NCBI GenBank assembly: GCA_001798185.1
Contig: MGRM01000012.1
Coordinates: 88,120-152,119, forward strand
Length of the DNA stretch: 64,000 nt
Reading direction: 5' to 3'
Source: Deltaproteobacteria bacterium RIFCSPHIGHO2_02_FULL_44_16
GTDB lineage: Bacteria > UBA10199 > 2-02-FULL-44-16
In this document: one piece after another, positions 37,346 to 47,821 of the stretch
Numbering within the stretch: position 1 is the first letter of the stretch
Layout of the letters: the number at the start of each line of letters is the position of its first letter
Program-made: the position numbers and the translations under genes
The notes under the pieces: model-generated
Told to the model about the DNA's origin: nothing
The model's database searches: none
Seen by the model: the letters and a program-made list of their open reading frames with translations, nothing else

Positions 37346-37888
37346 TTGTCATTATCTAAGTGCATGAAAAAAAGCGAAATGTTACAGGCACTTAAGCTCC
37401 TAGATAGTCGACTTCCAAAAAAAGTCACGATGCTTATTGGAGGTGGATCGGCGATGCTTCTGGCTCACGATGTTCCTCTTACAACGGCAGACATTGACGG
37501 ACTTCCTCTCTCAACTGATCTGAGTCCCGCTGAACTCGACAATATTGTCAAGGACGTTGGCCAAGAATTGAAAATCGGAGGTCAATGGTACAACTCTTAT
37601 TTCAGCACCTTCACCTACTCTCTTCCCAAGGATTTTCGCGATCGACTCATCACCGTCTATAAAGGAAAAATGCTCCACGCTCTTGCTCTCGGTGCAGAAG
37701 ATATTCTCATCATGAAATGTTTTGCAGGAAGAGAAAAAGATATCGGGCACGCCAAAGCTTTGATCAAACGTGGCGCTGACACCGACCTGGTGGAACACCA
37801 GCTTGATAACCTTCAGGGAAAAGGACTTCCTGGAGCTGAAAATGCTTTGGATTTTCTACATGATTTACTCGATCAACTTGAGGTTTGA
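37346..37888 (+). CDS. hypothetical protein with a nucleotidyltransferase-fold-like motif
   Basis: LIGGGSAMLLAHDVPLTTADIDGL resembles the GS...D.D NTase signature; translationally coupled (ATGA) to the next gene. Confidence 0.35.
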   Translation: MSLSKCMKKSEMLQALKLLDSRLPKKVTMLIGGGSAMLLAHDVPLTTADIDGLPLSTDLSPAELDNIVKDVGQELKIGGQWYNSYFSTFTYSLPKDFRDRLITVYKGKMLHALALGAEDILIMKCFAGREKDIGHAKALIKRGADTDLVEHQLDNLQGKGLPGAENALDFLHDLLDQLEV

Positions 37889-38653
37889 ATGATCAAAAAA
37901 ATTCCAACTGATCGACATTTAAGCCGTCTCTATTTTGAACTTCGAAAGCATGGCGCTCATTGTATCGGCGAGAAATATCGGTGGCCATATCGGTTTCGTT
38001 CGCTTGAAGAACTTATCGCCTTAGCTTGTGATATGTCACGCTATGATCCACGCTTGATAACTATTCTGGTCAATTTCTTTATCGAACATCGGAATAAACT
38101 GAATCCAGCGCAGATTCGCTCTTTTTATTCTGCTATGAAAACAGTTCAAACAATTGCGATCATTTGCGAATTTGTACGTGATGCTGGAGATGACGAACTC
38201 AAATATTTCTGCAACTATCTTCAAGCGGGTCTCGCCCCTCTTCCCCTTCAATTCTATTTCTATCATCTTTCATCTCCAGGCGGAGCGATTGCAGAGCGCA
38301 CTCTTGAAGCATCTCTTACGCAATATAAGCGCTGGGGGTTTCTCGCGCGAGAAGCACCTCGCTTGGAGAGTGACCGTCATGCTTCTCTTGGAAAACTTGA
38401 TCTAGCTTCCCGTCGCAATATTCTCCGTCGACTTCTTGCGACTCGAAAACAAATTAAAGTTTCAGATTATCTCGAAGCAACGGGTCATATAATCTCACGA
38501 CAACAAGCTCTCCTCGATCTTTCCAATTCTTCTTTTGCAAAACTCGCAGGCAAAGGTCGCGGCAGCCATTGGATTGCCAAGAAAAATATTCTTCAAGGAT
38601 TTCTTGGCGACATGGACACGCGAAATGTTCGTGATGAAAATGATCGGTTGTGA
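37889..38653 (+). CDS. hypothetical protein (254 aa), partner of the upstream gene
   Basis: ORF only; coupled start. Confidence 0.35.
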   Translation: MIKKIPTDRHLSRLYFELRKHGAHCIGEKYRWPYRFRSLEELIALACDMSRYDPRLITILVNFFIEHRNKLNPAQIRSFYSAMKTVQTIAIICEFVRDAGDDELKYFCNYLQAGLAPLPLQFYFYHLSSPGGAIAERTLEASLTQYKRWGFLAREAPRLESDRHASLGKLDLASRRNILRRLLATRKQIKVSDYLEATGHIISRQQALLDLSNSSFAKLAGKGRGSHWIAKKNILQGFLGDMDTRNVRDENDRL

Positions 38654-38687
38654 CCAATAAGTGTCTGACACTTATTGGTCAACCACT

Positions 38688-40331
38688 CTAATGATGAAAA
38701 TGCCGTTTACCGGTGAAGACCATGGCGATATTATGTTCATTGGCAGCTTCAATGACTTCATCATCGCGAAGAGAGCCACCGGGTTGGATGATGGCTGTGA
38801 TCCCTGCTTTTGCTGCAATATCAACACCATCACGAAAAGGAAAAAAGGCATCCGACCCCAGGGACTGCGTCCCTCTTCTGGGTATTTTTTGGGAGTTCAA
38901 TTTTTTAATTGCTTGTTCAACTGCATCCACTCGACTTGTCTGGCCAGCGCCGATACCAAAGGTTTGATCTTCTGATGCAATCACAATGGCATTAGACTTC
39001 ACATGTTTACACAGTCTCCATGCAAAGTTAAGAGCTACACCCTCTTCCTGGGATGGTGAACGTTTGGTCACGATTTGATATTGATGAATGTTTTCTTCTC
39101 CCACATCTCGATCTTGAACCAGCAAACCACCTGCAACTTTGCGAAGGGTCAATCCTGGAGAAGCTCCTCGTTTTCCTAAACCCTCCACTTCCAGCAAACG
39201 AAGATTTTTTTTCTTCGACAAAAGTACTTTTGCTTCATCTGAAAACGATGGCGCCAAAATCACTTCAAAAAAAGTTTCCCCGATCGCCTCTGCAGTCGCT
39301 TTATCGAGTTCTCGACTCAGCGCCACAATACCACCAAAAGCCGAAAGCGCATCGGCATCTCGCGCTTTGCAAAATGCATCCGCGAGAGACATTGATGAAA
39401 CTGAGGCCCCGCAGGGATTTGCGTGCTTGATGATGACAGCAGCAAAAGGAGCATCATTGAAATCTTTGATCACCGAAAGAGCCGCATCAGCATCCATAAT
39501 ATTGTTGTAGGAGAGCTCTTTCCCGTGAAGTTGTCGCGCATTGAAAATGCTTGGCTCAGACAAACTGTCATTCCCGCGAAGGCGGGAATCTCCTGAGATC
39601 CCTGCTTTCGCAGGGATGACAACCATATTACTCACATCACGATAGAGCGCAGCTCTCTGATGCGGATTTTCTCCATATCTCAAGGCTTGCGCCTTTTCAT
39701 AGATAAGTCCTAGCGTTTTGGGGAAATCTGCAACCTTTTCTTCATTCTCAAATCCAGTAAGATAGTTTGCAATCGCTGCATCATACCGAGCCGTCGTTGC
39801 AAAAACTTTTTGTGCTAAACGGAACTTCGTTCCTTTCGAAAGTTCTCCCTGATTTTTTTTCATTTCTTCAAGCACCGACACATAATCAGCATGATCCACA
39901 ATAACCGCAACATCGTGATAATTCTTCGCAGCAGCGCGAAGCATGGTCGGACCACCGATATCGATATGTTCGATGGCGTGAGACAAGGAGCAACCATCAG
40001 CAACGGTTTTTTCAAAAGCATAGAGATTGACCACAACAAGATCGATCGTCTCGATCTTTTGTTCTTTCAGTTCCTGCAGATGAATTTTGTTTTGACGAAT
40101 CGCAAGCAGACCACCATGAATTTTCGGATGAAGTGTTTTCAGTCTTCCATCGAGAATTTCAGGAGAACCGGTGTAATCGGAAACATCTCTCACTACAATT
40201 CCAGCATCTCGCAAAACTTTTGCCGTTCCTCCGGTCGAAAGAATTTCAACGCCAAGCGCGGCAAGCTCTTGAGCAAAAGCAACAATGCCGGTTTTGTCGG
40301 TAACACTGATAAGAGCACGTTTGATTTTCAT
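38688..40331 (-). CDS. purH: bifunctional AICAR transformylase / IMP cyclohydrolase; carries an in-frame repeat insertion
   Basis: MGS-like N-terminal domain; YGENPHQ; ELSYNNI; AICARFT C-terminal domain. Confidence 0.9.
   Translation of the reverse strand: MKIKRALISVTDKTGIVAFAQELAALGVEILSTGGTAKVLRDAGIVVRDVSDYTGSPEILDGRLKTLHPKIHGGLLAIRQNKIHLQELKEQKIETIDLVVVNLYAFEKTVADGCSLSHAIEHIDIGGPTMLRAAAKNYHDVAVIVDHADYVSVLEEMKKNQGELSKGTKFRLAQKVFATTARYDAAIANYLTGFENEEKVADFPKTLGLIYEKAQALRYGENPHQRAALYRDVSNMVVIPAKAGISGDSRLRGNDSLSEPSIFNARQLHGKELSYNNIMDADAALSVIKDFNDAPFAAVIIKHANPCGASVSSMSLADAFCKARDADALSAFGGIVALSRELDKATAEAIGETFFEVILAPSFSDEAKVLLSKKKNLRLLEVEGLGKRGASPGLTLRKVAGGLLVQDRDVGEENIHQYQIVTKRSPSQEEGVALNFAWRLCKHVKSNAIVIASEDQTFGIGAGQTSRVDAVEQAIKKLNSQKIPRRGTQSLGSDAFFPFRDGVDIAAKAGITAIIQPGGSLRDDEVIEAANEHNIAMVFTGKRHFHH
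39557..39612. repeat. family-1 double-hairpin element inserted in-frame in the purH interdomain linker
   Basis: GTCATTCCCGCGAAGGCGGGAATCTCCTGAGATCCCTGCTTTCGCAGGGATGACAA; adds [19 protein letters not shown] between YGENPHQ..LYRDVSN and ..[12 protein letters not shown]. Confidence 0.8.
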
Positions 40332-40379
40332 AAATTTATAACGTCATCCTGAACGAAGTGAAGGATGACATTTTAGACT

Positions 40380-41747
40380 TCATTTACCCAATAAGCTGGA
40401 CCCACCTGTAAATCGTGCAAGTTTTTTAAAGTCATCTTCTACAATTTTAAAGCCTGCTCCGACAAACCAATCGGTTTTTTGCAAAGGATTGAGCATGTCA
40501 TCAGCGCCGCCAACCACAAAAAAGTTCTTGGTCACATCCACATCACCTAAAAGTTTTAAGTGAACTTTTTCATTCGCAGCAGAGGGAAAGTCAAACGCGG
40601 AGAAATGCACCCCAAACGGTCCATGATCATAGTCAAGTCCAAGACCGCCGGTGGATTCAATAATTCCACCTCGAATTTGAAAATCATAAAACTGTTTTGC
40701 AAGCTGGACTGAAAAAAGAAGACTGTTGCGATTCGTCGTCGAGGTATCGGTCGTTACATTCGTCGTTGCGCCGCCAACCGTCACACTTGTTTGTTGAAGC
40801 ACATGCTTGGGAGTTGGATCAGGATCAGAAACCAGATCGATAAGAAGCGCTTTATCGGGGACAGGTCGCAGAGAGAGAGAAATATAATTTTTAAAGTCTT
40901 CGGACTCACCAAGAAATTCAGTATGAAAACCGAGTTGCGTTTCTAATTTATTAAATCCTCCGAGTGTTTCATTCAAACCATCCAACGATTCATTGAGTTT
41001 CTCAACAGTCTCTTCATCGTTCACGAGCTTGCCGATGGTCCCCTCGCCACGATTAATTTTTCCGGTAATCGAAGAAATATTTTCAATGGAATGCTCCACA
41101 TCCTGTCGCCCCTGCTCAATCAACTCACGAAGTTCCTGGGTGAGCGCCGCCATATTACTCGCAATACGATCGATGTTTTCGGTATTGCGAAGTGTCAGCT
41201 CTTTAATCGCCTCCGTAAATTCTTCAAGATTATGAATCGCATTATTCACCGGGGCTCCGCTATCTCCCGCCAGATTTCTCATGTTTCCCGTAATGGCTTT
41301 GACATCATTCCCAATCTCTGAAAATTGAGAAATAATATCGTTCAAATCTCCTGAACGTGTGCTGTCTTTGATTTCATCCCCATCGCTCAAACGATTCTCA
41401 TCGCTTCCGGGAACAAGCTCGACATAGGTTTCGCCCAGATAACCACGACTGCGAAGCTTTGCCTTGCTATCAACAGGAAGTTTGACTTCAGGATTAAGAC
41501 GCAATCGAATCCGAGCTTTGCGAGAATCGACCAGATCGATCTCTTTCACCACTCCCACGGCAACGCCGGCAAGTTCAACAGGAGCTTTCTTTTTTAAACC
41601 TGTCGCCGAATCGACTTCAAAGGTCAGATCATAACCTCGACCAGTCACAGAAGTGCGATCAGCAACTCGAATCGTGGCCCAAAAAAGCACGATAAGAATG
41701 AGAAAAGTAAAGAGGCCAACTTTGACTTCCGTGGTTCGTTCTCTCAC
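40380..41747 (-). CDS. MCE/MlaD-domain protein with an extended coiled-coil C-terminus
   Basis: N-terminal TM helix, MCE domain, long helical region; operon with mlaF and mlaE. Confidence 0.7.
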   Translation of the reverse strand: MRERTTEVKVGLFTFLILIVLFWATIRVADRTSVTGRGYDLTFEVDSATGLKKKAPVELAGVAVGVVKEIDLVDSRKARIRLRLNPEVKLPVDSKAKLRSRGYLGETYVELVPGSDENRLSDGDEIKDSTRSGDLNDIISQFSEIGNDVKAITGNMRNLAGDSGAPVNNAIHNLEEFTEAIKELTLRNTENIDRIASNMAALTQELRELIEQGRQDVEHSIENISSITGKINRGEGTIGKLVNDEETVEKLNESLDGLNETLGGFNKLETQLGFHTEFLGESEDFKNYISLSLRPVPDKALLIDLVSDPDPTPKHVLQQTSVTVGGATTNVTTDTSTTNRNSLLFSVQLAKQFYDFQIRGGIIESTGGLGLDYDHGPFGVHFSAFDFPSAANEKVHLKLLGDVDVTKNFFVVGGADDMLNPLQKTDWFVGAGFKIVEDDFKKLARFTGGSSLLGK

Positions 41748-42499
41748 TGCGTCCTCCCTTTATGATTAGCACGGTGTGCAGCCTGCAAAAAATCCTGAAC
41801 GACTGACTGAGGAGAAGCCTGAAAGGCTTCTGGTGGTGCACATTCAATCACTTTTCCTTCATGCATCATCGCAATTTGATCTGCAACACGAAGAGAAGAT
41901 TGAATATCGTGACTAATGACAACCGAGGTGACTGAAAGCTCCTGCTGCATGGACAAAATCAGATTATCGATCGCAACAGTCATGATGGGATCGAGGCCGG
42001 TTGTCGGTTCATCGTAAAGAATAATGCGGGGTTCAAGCGCAAGCGCTCGCGCAAGGCCAACTCGCTTTCGCATTCCTCCTGAAAGTTCGCTCGGCATTTT
42101 TTCCGCAGCATCGGGAAGACCCACGAGTTTGAGCTTTTCTTTGACGATGCGTGAAATTTTTTTGGGATCACGTTCTCGATCATGTTCCACAAGAGGAAAT
42201 GCAATATTTTCCGTAACTGTCAATGAATCAAAGAGAGCTGCATGTTGAAAGACCATTCCAAAACGTTTTCGAAATTCATTGAGTTCATGACGTGAAAGTT
42301 TGTTGATATCAGTTCCGTCGACAATCACTTTTCCTTGCTCTGGCGTAAAGAGTCCGATGATATGCCGCAGGAGCACTGTTTTCCCGCATCCTGAAGCTCC
42401 GAGAATAACCGTAATCTTCCCTTTCGGAATTGTCAGATCGATTCCTCGAAGAACCTTTTGTTTGCCAAACGATTTATGGATGTTTTTCAGTTCAATCAT
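41744..42499 (-). CDS. mlaF: ABC transporter ATP-binding protein (MlaF-like)
   Basis: Walker A GASGCGKT, LSGGM signature, ILYDEPT; start at MIELKNIHKSF, overlapping the mlaE stop (ATGA). Confidence 0.85.
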   Translation of the reverse strand: MIELKNIHKSFGKQKVLRGIDLTIPKGKITVILGASGCGKTVLLRHIIGLFTPEQGKVIVDGTDINKLSRHELNEFRKRFGMVFQHAALFDSLTVTENIAFPLVEHDRERDPKKISRIVKEKLKLVGLPDAAEKMPSELSGGMRKRVGLARALALEPRIILYDEPTTGLDPIMTVAIDNLILSMQQELSVTSVVISHDIQSSLRVADQIAMMHEGKVIECAPPEAFQASPQSVVQDFLQAAHRANHKGRTQ

Positions 42500-43302
42500 T
42501 TTGAAATAAATTCCAGTATCCACGTCGTTAAAAAATAATCGAGCACAAGGACAGTAACAGCAGAAGCGACAACTGCTTGCGTTGTTGATTTTCCAACTCC
42601 AGCAGCCCCTGATGTCGTGCGAAAACCCATAAAGCAACTGATCGAAGCAATCGCAAAACCAAAAATAGCGGATTTAAGAAGTCCTCCTAAAAGATCGTCG
42701 ACGTCGACATAATAATAAAGAAGCGTCAGGAATGGTCCTTCATGAATCGAGAGAAGGTGAACGCCCACAAGATACGCGCCAATAATACCGATAAAATTAA
42801 AAAGCATGGTCAGCAGCGGCATCATGACGGTTGTCGCCGCAACACGCGGAACAACAAGATACTGAATCGGATCGACCGCCATTGTCTCGAGCGCATCGAT
42901 CTGTTCGGTCACCCTCATGCTTCCAAGCTCTGCTGCCATAGCAGAGCACGCACGAGCAATGACCATGAGCGCGGTAAACACCGGAGAGAGTTCTCGTGTG
43001 AGCGACATGCCAACGGTAGCTCCCACCATACTTTCCATATTAAAAAGTTCGAACACTTCTCCTGATTGAAGCGCAAAGACTGCACCTGTAAAAAATGAGG
43101 TGAGTGCAATAATCCCGGTTGATTTCACACCAACAAATTCCATCTGACGAAAAAACTGGCGCATGCGAAACGGAGGACGTAAAAACCAAACAAAGGTAAG
43201 CTTTACAAAATGACACCACGCTCCGAGGGTGTGCAGAGAAGAGAGAAGACGAGCGCCTACATTCCCTGCAATGGATGTGATACTAAGCGCAACACGATTC
43301 AT
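42496..43302 (-). CDS. mlaE: ABC transporter permease (MlaE-like)
   Basis: polytopic membrane protein with MlaE-like topology. Confidence 0.8.
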   Translation of the reverse strand: MNRVALSITSIAGNVGARLLSSLHTLGAWCHFVKLTFVWFLRPPFRMRQFFRQMEFVGVKSTGIIALTSFFTGAVFALQSGEVFELFNMESMVGATVGMSLTRELSPVFTALMVIARACSAMAAELGSMRVTEQIDALETMAVDPIQYLVVPRVAATTVMMPLLTMLFNFIGIIGAYLVGVHLLSIHEGPFLTLLYYYVDVDDLLGGLLKSAIFGFAIASISCFMGFRTTSGAAGVGKSTTQAVVASAVTVLVLDYFLTTWILEFISK

Positions 43303-43317
43303 GCTTCACTCCACCTT

Positions 43318-44469
43318 TCATTCTTTGCAGACACGAGGTATCCGTTTTGAAATGCCGCAAAAAATTTCATACGGAATGGTTTCAGCCCATGTTGAAATTT
43401 CACTCACATCAATGAAAGCATTCCCCTGTTTTCCGAGAAGGATGACTTCATCGCCTACTTGTACGGTGAGCGCAAGCGCGGAAACATCGAGCATAATCAT
43501 ATCCATCGTGACTCTTCCTATCACCGGAACACGTGTACCTCGTACAAGCACGCAAGCCCTTCCAGAAACATTCCAGGGATAGCCATCTGCATAGCCGATG
43601 GGCACAACAGCAAGACGCGTTTTGTGTTTTGTCACAAAGGTGCCGCCATAACTGACACGCGATCCCGCGGGAATCCATTTTAAAAGTGAGATGGCGCTTC
43701 GCAACGACATTACGGGCTGAAGTTTTATCTGAGGAGGAAGCACATGACTTGCAACAGTACCATAGAGTGCAATGCCAGGTCTTACTCCCCAACACTCTCC
43801 CTCACGCGATGTCATTACGTTTCGCATAATGGCTTCTGAGTTGGAGGCATGCCACAGGGAGACAGAAGAAAAATGCGAAAGGATCATTGTCCGTGCGAGT
43901 TCAAATTGTTCTGCTTGATACGCGGTATAGACAGCATCTTCTGCCGACGCAAAATGGGTCATCACTCCGACAAGTTTCAATACCTGCGATACTTGAAGTC
44001 GGAGAAGCACGGACTTTAAACTTTCAAGACGAACACCGAGACGATTCATCCCGGCATCGACCTGGAGATGCACGGAAAGTTCTGTCGACGCCGAAGCTGC
44101 ACCCTCAAGAAGCTCAATCGCATCGAGCGAATGAATCACCGGAAGAAGTTTTGCTTGGATCATCGCCTTTGCGGCAGCGCTTCCGCAGCCGAGCATCCCT
44201 CCCATCACAATAATTGGAACCGCAATCCCAGATTCACGCAGCTCAATTCCCTCTTCGACCGTTGCAACCCCGAGCGCGTGAACTCCCTTGACAATAAGTC
44301 GCTTCGCAACAGGAACAGCGCCATGACCATAAGCATCAGCTTTTACAATCGCGATGATTTTCGTCGTTTTCGGAAGGAGAGACGTGATGTGAACAAGATT
44401 ATGCTCGAGCGCTTTCAGGTGAATCACGGCTTCTGTAGGACGAAAATTCATATTCTCATGTCTTTTCAA
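43318..44469 (-). CDS. alr: alanine racemase
   Basis: PLP-lysine motif IVKADAYGHG; length and C-terminal domain fit. Confidence 0.85.
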   Translation of the reverse strand: MKRHENMNFRPTEAVIHLKALEHNLVHITSLLPKTTKIIAIVKADAYGHGAVPVAKRLIVKGVHALGVATVEEGIELRESGIAVPIIVMGGMLGCGSAAAKAMIQAKLLPVIHSLDAIELLEGAASASTELSVHLQVDAGMNRLGVRLESLKSVLLRLQVSQVLKLVGVMTHFASAEDAVYTAYQAEQFELARTMILSHFSSVSLWHASNSEAIMRNVMTSREGECWGVRPGIALYGTVASHVLPPQIKLQPVMSLRSAISLLKWIPAGSRVSYGGTFVTKHKTRLAVVPIGYADGYPWNVSGRACVLVRGTRVPVIGRVTMDMIMLDVSALALTVQVGDEVILLGKQGNAFIDVSEISTWAETIPYEIFCGISKRIPRVCKE

Positions 44470-44566
44470 TGTGTTAGCTGTTGATTTCTAACAGGCAAAA
44501 CAATGGTTGTCAATGCAGCGATGACCACAATTCATTTTCAATGAAGATGACATGAAATAGCATTCT

Positions 44567-45049
44567 TTGACATTCTTCACGCCATCTGTGAACTTCATGA
44601 ATATGAAAGATGCGGGATTGACACGACAAGAGCGGTCACTCAGAGCCTGGATGAAACTTTGGACCGTGCTGTTTCTTTTAGCCGCAGCGGTTGTCGCTTT
44701 TTTCCCTGATTGGATTTTGACGTATATCACCAACATCGGTCACACCCTTCTCGGATGGAGAGGTCCTCGTCCTTCTCTGACACAACATTCTTTCTGGCTC
44801 GTCCTTGCCGTGAGTCTTATGCTCACCCAGGCATACCTTTGTTTTCTTGTCGCCTACGATCCTGTTCGAAATGCATCTTTTTCCAAAATCATTATCTTTG
44901 CCAAAGCATGTTCCACGATTGCCTATGTCATCTCTTACTTTTTTATGGATCCTTATTTCATCTATGTGACAGGCGCCGTCATTGACGGCATTATTTTTTT
45001 CGCCATGCTCATGACGTATCGATTATCTGTTGTGAGCCGACCCGATTAA
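44567..45049 (+). CDS. hypothetical membrane protein
   Basis: several hydrophobic helices. Confidence 0.35.
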   Translation: MTFFTPSVNFMNMKDAGLTRQERSLRAWMKLWTVLFLLAAAVVAFFPDWILTYITNIGHTLLGWRGPRPSLTQHSFWLVLAVSLMLTQAYLCFLVAYDPVRNASFSKIIIFAKACSTIAYVISYFFMDPYFIYVTGAVIDGIIFFAMLMTYRLSVVSRPD

Positions 45050-45059
45050 CTGAAACCTC

Positions 45060-45836
45060 ATGATTCACGATCCTTTTGATTTTGTTGATGAAGGTCTTCT
45101 CCAGAAACTTCGTCCCGTTTTTCAATTTCTTTATTCACAATATTTTCGCGTCACGGTCACCGGAGAAAAAAACATCCCTCAAAAAGGAAAAGTGCTTCTC
45201 GTCGCCAATCATTCAGGCATGCTTCCGTATGATGGCGCCATGGTACATCTCGCAGTTTTTAATACTTCTGGTGGAAAAAGAAGAGTTCGATTTTTAGTGG
45301 ATGATTTTGTTTTTCATCTTCCCTTTTTGGGTGACTTCATTCAGCGCATTGGCGGAGTACGTGCGTCTCACGAAAATGCCACAACGCTTTTGTGTGCTGG
45401 AGAATGTGTCGCTATTTTCCCCGAAGGGGTCAAAGGAGTCGGGAAGCTTTACGATGATCGGTATCAACTCGACCAGTTTGGACATGGCGGTTTTGTCAAA
45501 CTCGCCATGCGTACGAAAACAACCATTATTCCGACAACGATTGTGGGAGCAGAAGAGATTCATCCGATTCTCTACAAAGAAGAACTTCTCGCGCAACCGC
45601 TTGGAATTCCTTATATTCCGATTACACCGACGTTTCCGTGGCTTGGCCCTTTAGGTCTCATTCCTCTTCCGAGTAAATGGCACATTCATTTTGGAAAGCC
45701 GATCAGCTTTACGAAGGAAAAAAAATCAGACGCCGAAAATGAAAAACTCGTCGAAAAAAAATCGGAAGATATTCGCAAAACGATTCAAACCACAATCCAT
45801 CGCCTTCTCAAAAAACGAAAATCGATTTGGTATTAA
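45060..45836 (+). CDS. lysophospholipid acyltransferase (PlsC-like)
   Basis: NHSGMLPYD (HxxxxD) and FPEGVKG motifs. Confidence 0.65.
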   Translation: MIHDPFDFVDEGLLQKLRPVFQFLYSQYFRVTVTGEKNIPQKGKVLLVANHSGMLPYDGAMVHLAVFNTSGGKRRVRFLVDDFVFHLPFLGDFIQRIGGVRASHENATTLLCAGECVAIFPEGVKGVGKLYDDRYQLDQFGHGGFVKLAMRTKTTIIPTTIVGAEEIHPILYKEELLAQPLGIPYIPITPTFPWLGPLGLIPLPSKWHIHFGKPISFTKEKKSDAENEKLVEKKSEDIRKTIQTTIHRLLKKRKSIWY

Positions 45837-45845
45837 TACACTTTT

Positions 45846-45898
45846 TGTTTTGTTGAATCGTAGGGGCGAACGGCGTTCGCCCGGGCGTGCCACTCGCC
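45846..45898. terminator. bidirectional nested hairpin between convergent genes
   Basis: TTGAATCGTAGGGGCGA...TCGCCCCTACGATTCAA with an inner GGCGAACGGCGTTCGCC hairpin. Confidence 0.4.
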
Positions 45899-45899
45899 C

Positions 45900-47183
45900 C
45901 TACGATTCAATTAAAATTTGTCTCGTTAATCGTTTGGAAAGTTCCACACCCGGCTGATCAAAAGGATTGATCTGCATTAAGGCTCCCATCAGAACTGTTG
46001 CTATTTCATACGTCATTAAAAGCGAACCGACCGATTGTTCATGAAGTTTTGATAAGGTGATGGTGAAATTCGGACGATGCGCTTGCGCAAGCGCTCGCAT
46101 GGTTCCCTGTTGCCCTGCTTGTACAATACGATCAAAACTTTTTCCTTCTAAAAAAGCAAACGCCTCGGGCACATTGTGAAGACGGGTTTTTTCAGGCGCA
46201 GTACGATATGACTGAACGTTCAAAAAAGTAATGAGTTTATCATTTGGACCTTCCATATACAGTTGAAGCTGAGAATGTTGGTCTGTCACGCCGAGAGCTT
46301 TGACTGGCGTCATCCCTCTTCCGTTTTTTCCTAAACTTTCAGCCCACAGTTGCGCATACCATTCTGAAAAATCTCGAAGTGAATCGGTATAAGGCATCAT
46401 CACAGAAATTGTTTTTTTCTTTTTTGTTGCCATCAAAAAATGAAAAGCGGCAATGCGTGTTGCCGTTTCAAGAGATGTTAACGTCGCTCCTTGCAAAAGA
46501 CCTTCAATATCGATCCCAACGCAGGCAGCAGGAAAGAGTCCAACTGGAGAAAGCACGGAAAAGCGTCCACCTAAAGATGGAGGAATTACAAATGAAGTGA
46601 TTCTCTCTGTTTCAGAAAACGCACGGAGTGCCCCTTTTTCAGGATCGGTCGTAATAATGAGATGGTCTTTCCATTTTTTACCAATACTTTTTTGAAGCCA
46701 CTCAATGATGAAAAAAAATTGAGCCATGGTTTCAAGTGTTGTCCCTGATTTGGAAATGACATTAAAACAAGTTTTTTCTAAATCCAAATACTCGAAGAGA
46801 AGAGAAAAGGTATCGGGATCAAGCGTGTCACACACAAAAAGTCGTGGCTTCCCTTGTCGTTGCTTTTTGTCGAGGAGATTATGAAAAGGATGAAGCAACG
46901 AATGCGCAATGCATCGCAAACCGAGCGCTGAACCACCGATGCCAAGAACAACCAGATTTTCAAACTGTCTCTGAATACGTGAAGCTTGCTTTGGAATATC
47001 TTCGTAAAGATGAGAAAGATTTGGAAGATCAAGAAAGATGGCATCTTTATTTTTATGCCAGGTGGTCAGTTGAGCGCTCGCTCCTTTGAGTTGGGGCTCA
47101 AGCAGGGCCAAATCTTGTGAAGTAATTCCGTGCTCTTCACCAATCACTTCACTCATACAATTATTGAAATCACACTGGAGCAT
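45900..47183 (-). CDS. pgi: glucose-6-phosphate isomerase
   Basis: SIS-domain motifs (GIGGSALG..), PGI family length and pattern. Confidence 0.85.
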   Translation of the reverse strand: MLQCDFNNCMSEVIGEEHGITSQDLALLEPQLKGASAQLTTWHKNKDAIFLDLPNLSHLYEDIPKQASRIQRQFENLVVLGIGGSALGLRCIAHSLLHPFHNLLDKKQRQGKPRLFVCDTLDPDTFSLLFEYLDLEKTCFNVISKSGTTLETMAQFFFIIEWLQKSIGKKWKDHLIITTDPEKGALRAFSETERITSFVIPPSLGGRFSVLSPVGLFPAACVGIDIEGLLQGATLTSLETATRIAAFHFLMATKKKKTISVMMPYTDSLRDFSEWYAQLWAESLGKNGRGMTPVKALGVTDQHSQLQLYMEGPNDKLITFLNVQSYRTAPEKTRLHNVPEAFAFLEGKSFDRIVQAGQQGTMRALAQAHRPNFTITLSKLHEQSVGSLLMTYEIATVLMGALMQINPFDQPGVELSKRLTRQILIES

Positions 47184-47184
47184 G

Positions 47185-47652
47185 TTATTTTTTTTGTTTC
47201 TCTTTTTGACGCTTGATTTCTCGAAGATATCGAAGATCTTCTTTATCTTTCGGTCGTCCAGCTGCTTTTTTCATTTTGATGAGATCATCAAGGGAAGCAA
47301 AAAATGTTGGTACGCCTTCGTACTCACCTGGAACTTTGTTCTGCAATGCTGATTTCGTTTCTATTCCGGCTGCAAAGGGGTGAATATCTGTTTCAATCCA
47401 GTATTGGCGAAAAAGAATTTTTCGGGTTTGAAAATCCTGTACACTTGCATCTGCCGTGTCATAACCAAACATTTCCAGAGCGCTTTTAACACGGAGAATA
47501 TTTTCTTCTTCTGGGTCAACGAGTATATCGATATCTTCCGTTGCCCGAACAAAACCGTGCGCTGCACATGCCTGAGCACCGATGATCGCATAATGAACTC
47601 TATTTTCGTTTAAGAATTTGATAAGGTTTTCGATCTTCATATTTCTTTGCAA
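47185..47652 (-). CDS. hypothetical nucleotidyltransferase-fold-like protein
   Basis: IIGAQACAAHGFVRATEDIDILV pattern, similar to the protein at 37346. Confidence 0.35.
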   Translation of the reverse strand: MQRNMKIENLIKFLNENRVHYAIIGAQACAAHGFVRATEDIDILVDPEEENILRVKSALEMFGYDTADASVQDFQTRKILFRQYWIETDIHPFAAGIETKSALQNKVPGEYEGVPTFFASLDDLIKMKKAAGRPKDKEDLRYLREIKRQKEKQKK

Positions 47653-47782
47653 GTTTCAACATACGTTGTGAGAGTTCAAGAAGTTTGCGAATACGCTGGG
47701 CTTGCGTAAAAGTGAGACTGCACTTGACATCAAACTCAAGTTCTTTTTTTGGATCATCTTTTTCAAGTTTAAGCATCGCCAT
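47600..47782 (-). CDS. small hypothetical protein (60 aa), possible partner of the downstream gene
   Basis: short ORF overlapping the next gene's start; weak. Confidence 0.2.
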   Translation of the reverse strand: MAMLKLEKDDPKKELEFDVKCSLTFTQAQRIRKLLELSQRMLKLAKKYEDRKPYQILKRK

Positions 47783-47821
47783 GCATATAAACTAGCATAG
47801 CTTCAGAAGTGGCACAAGTTC

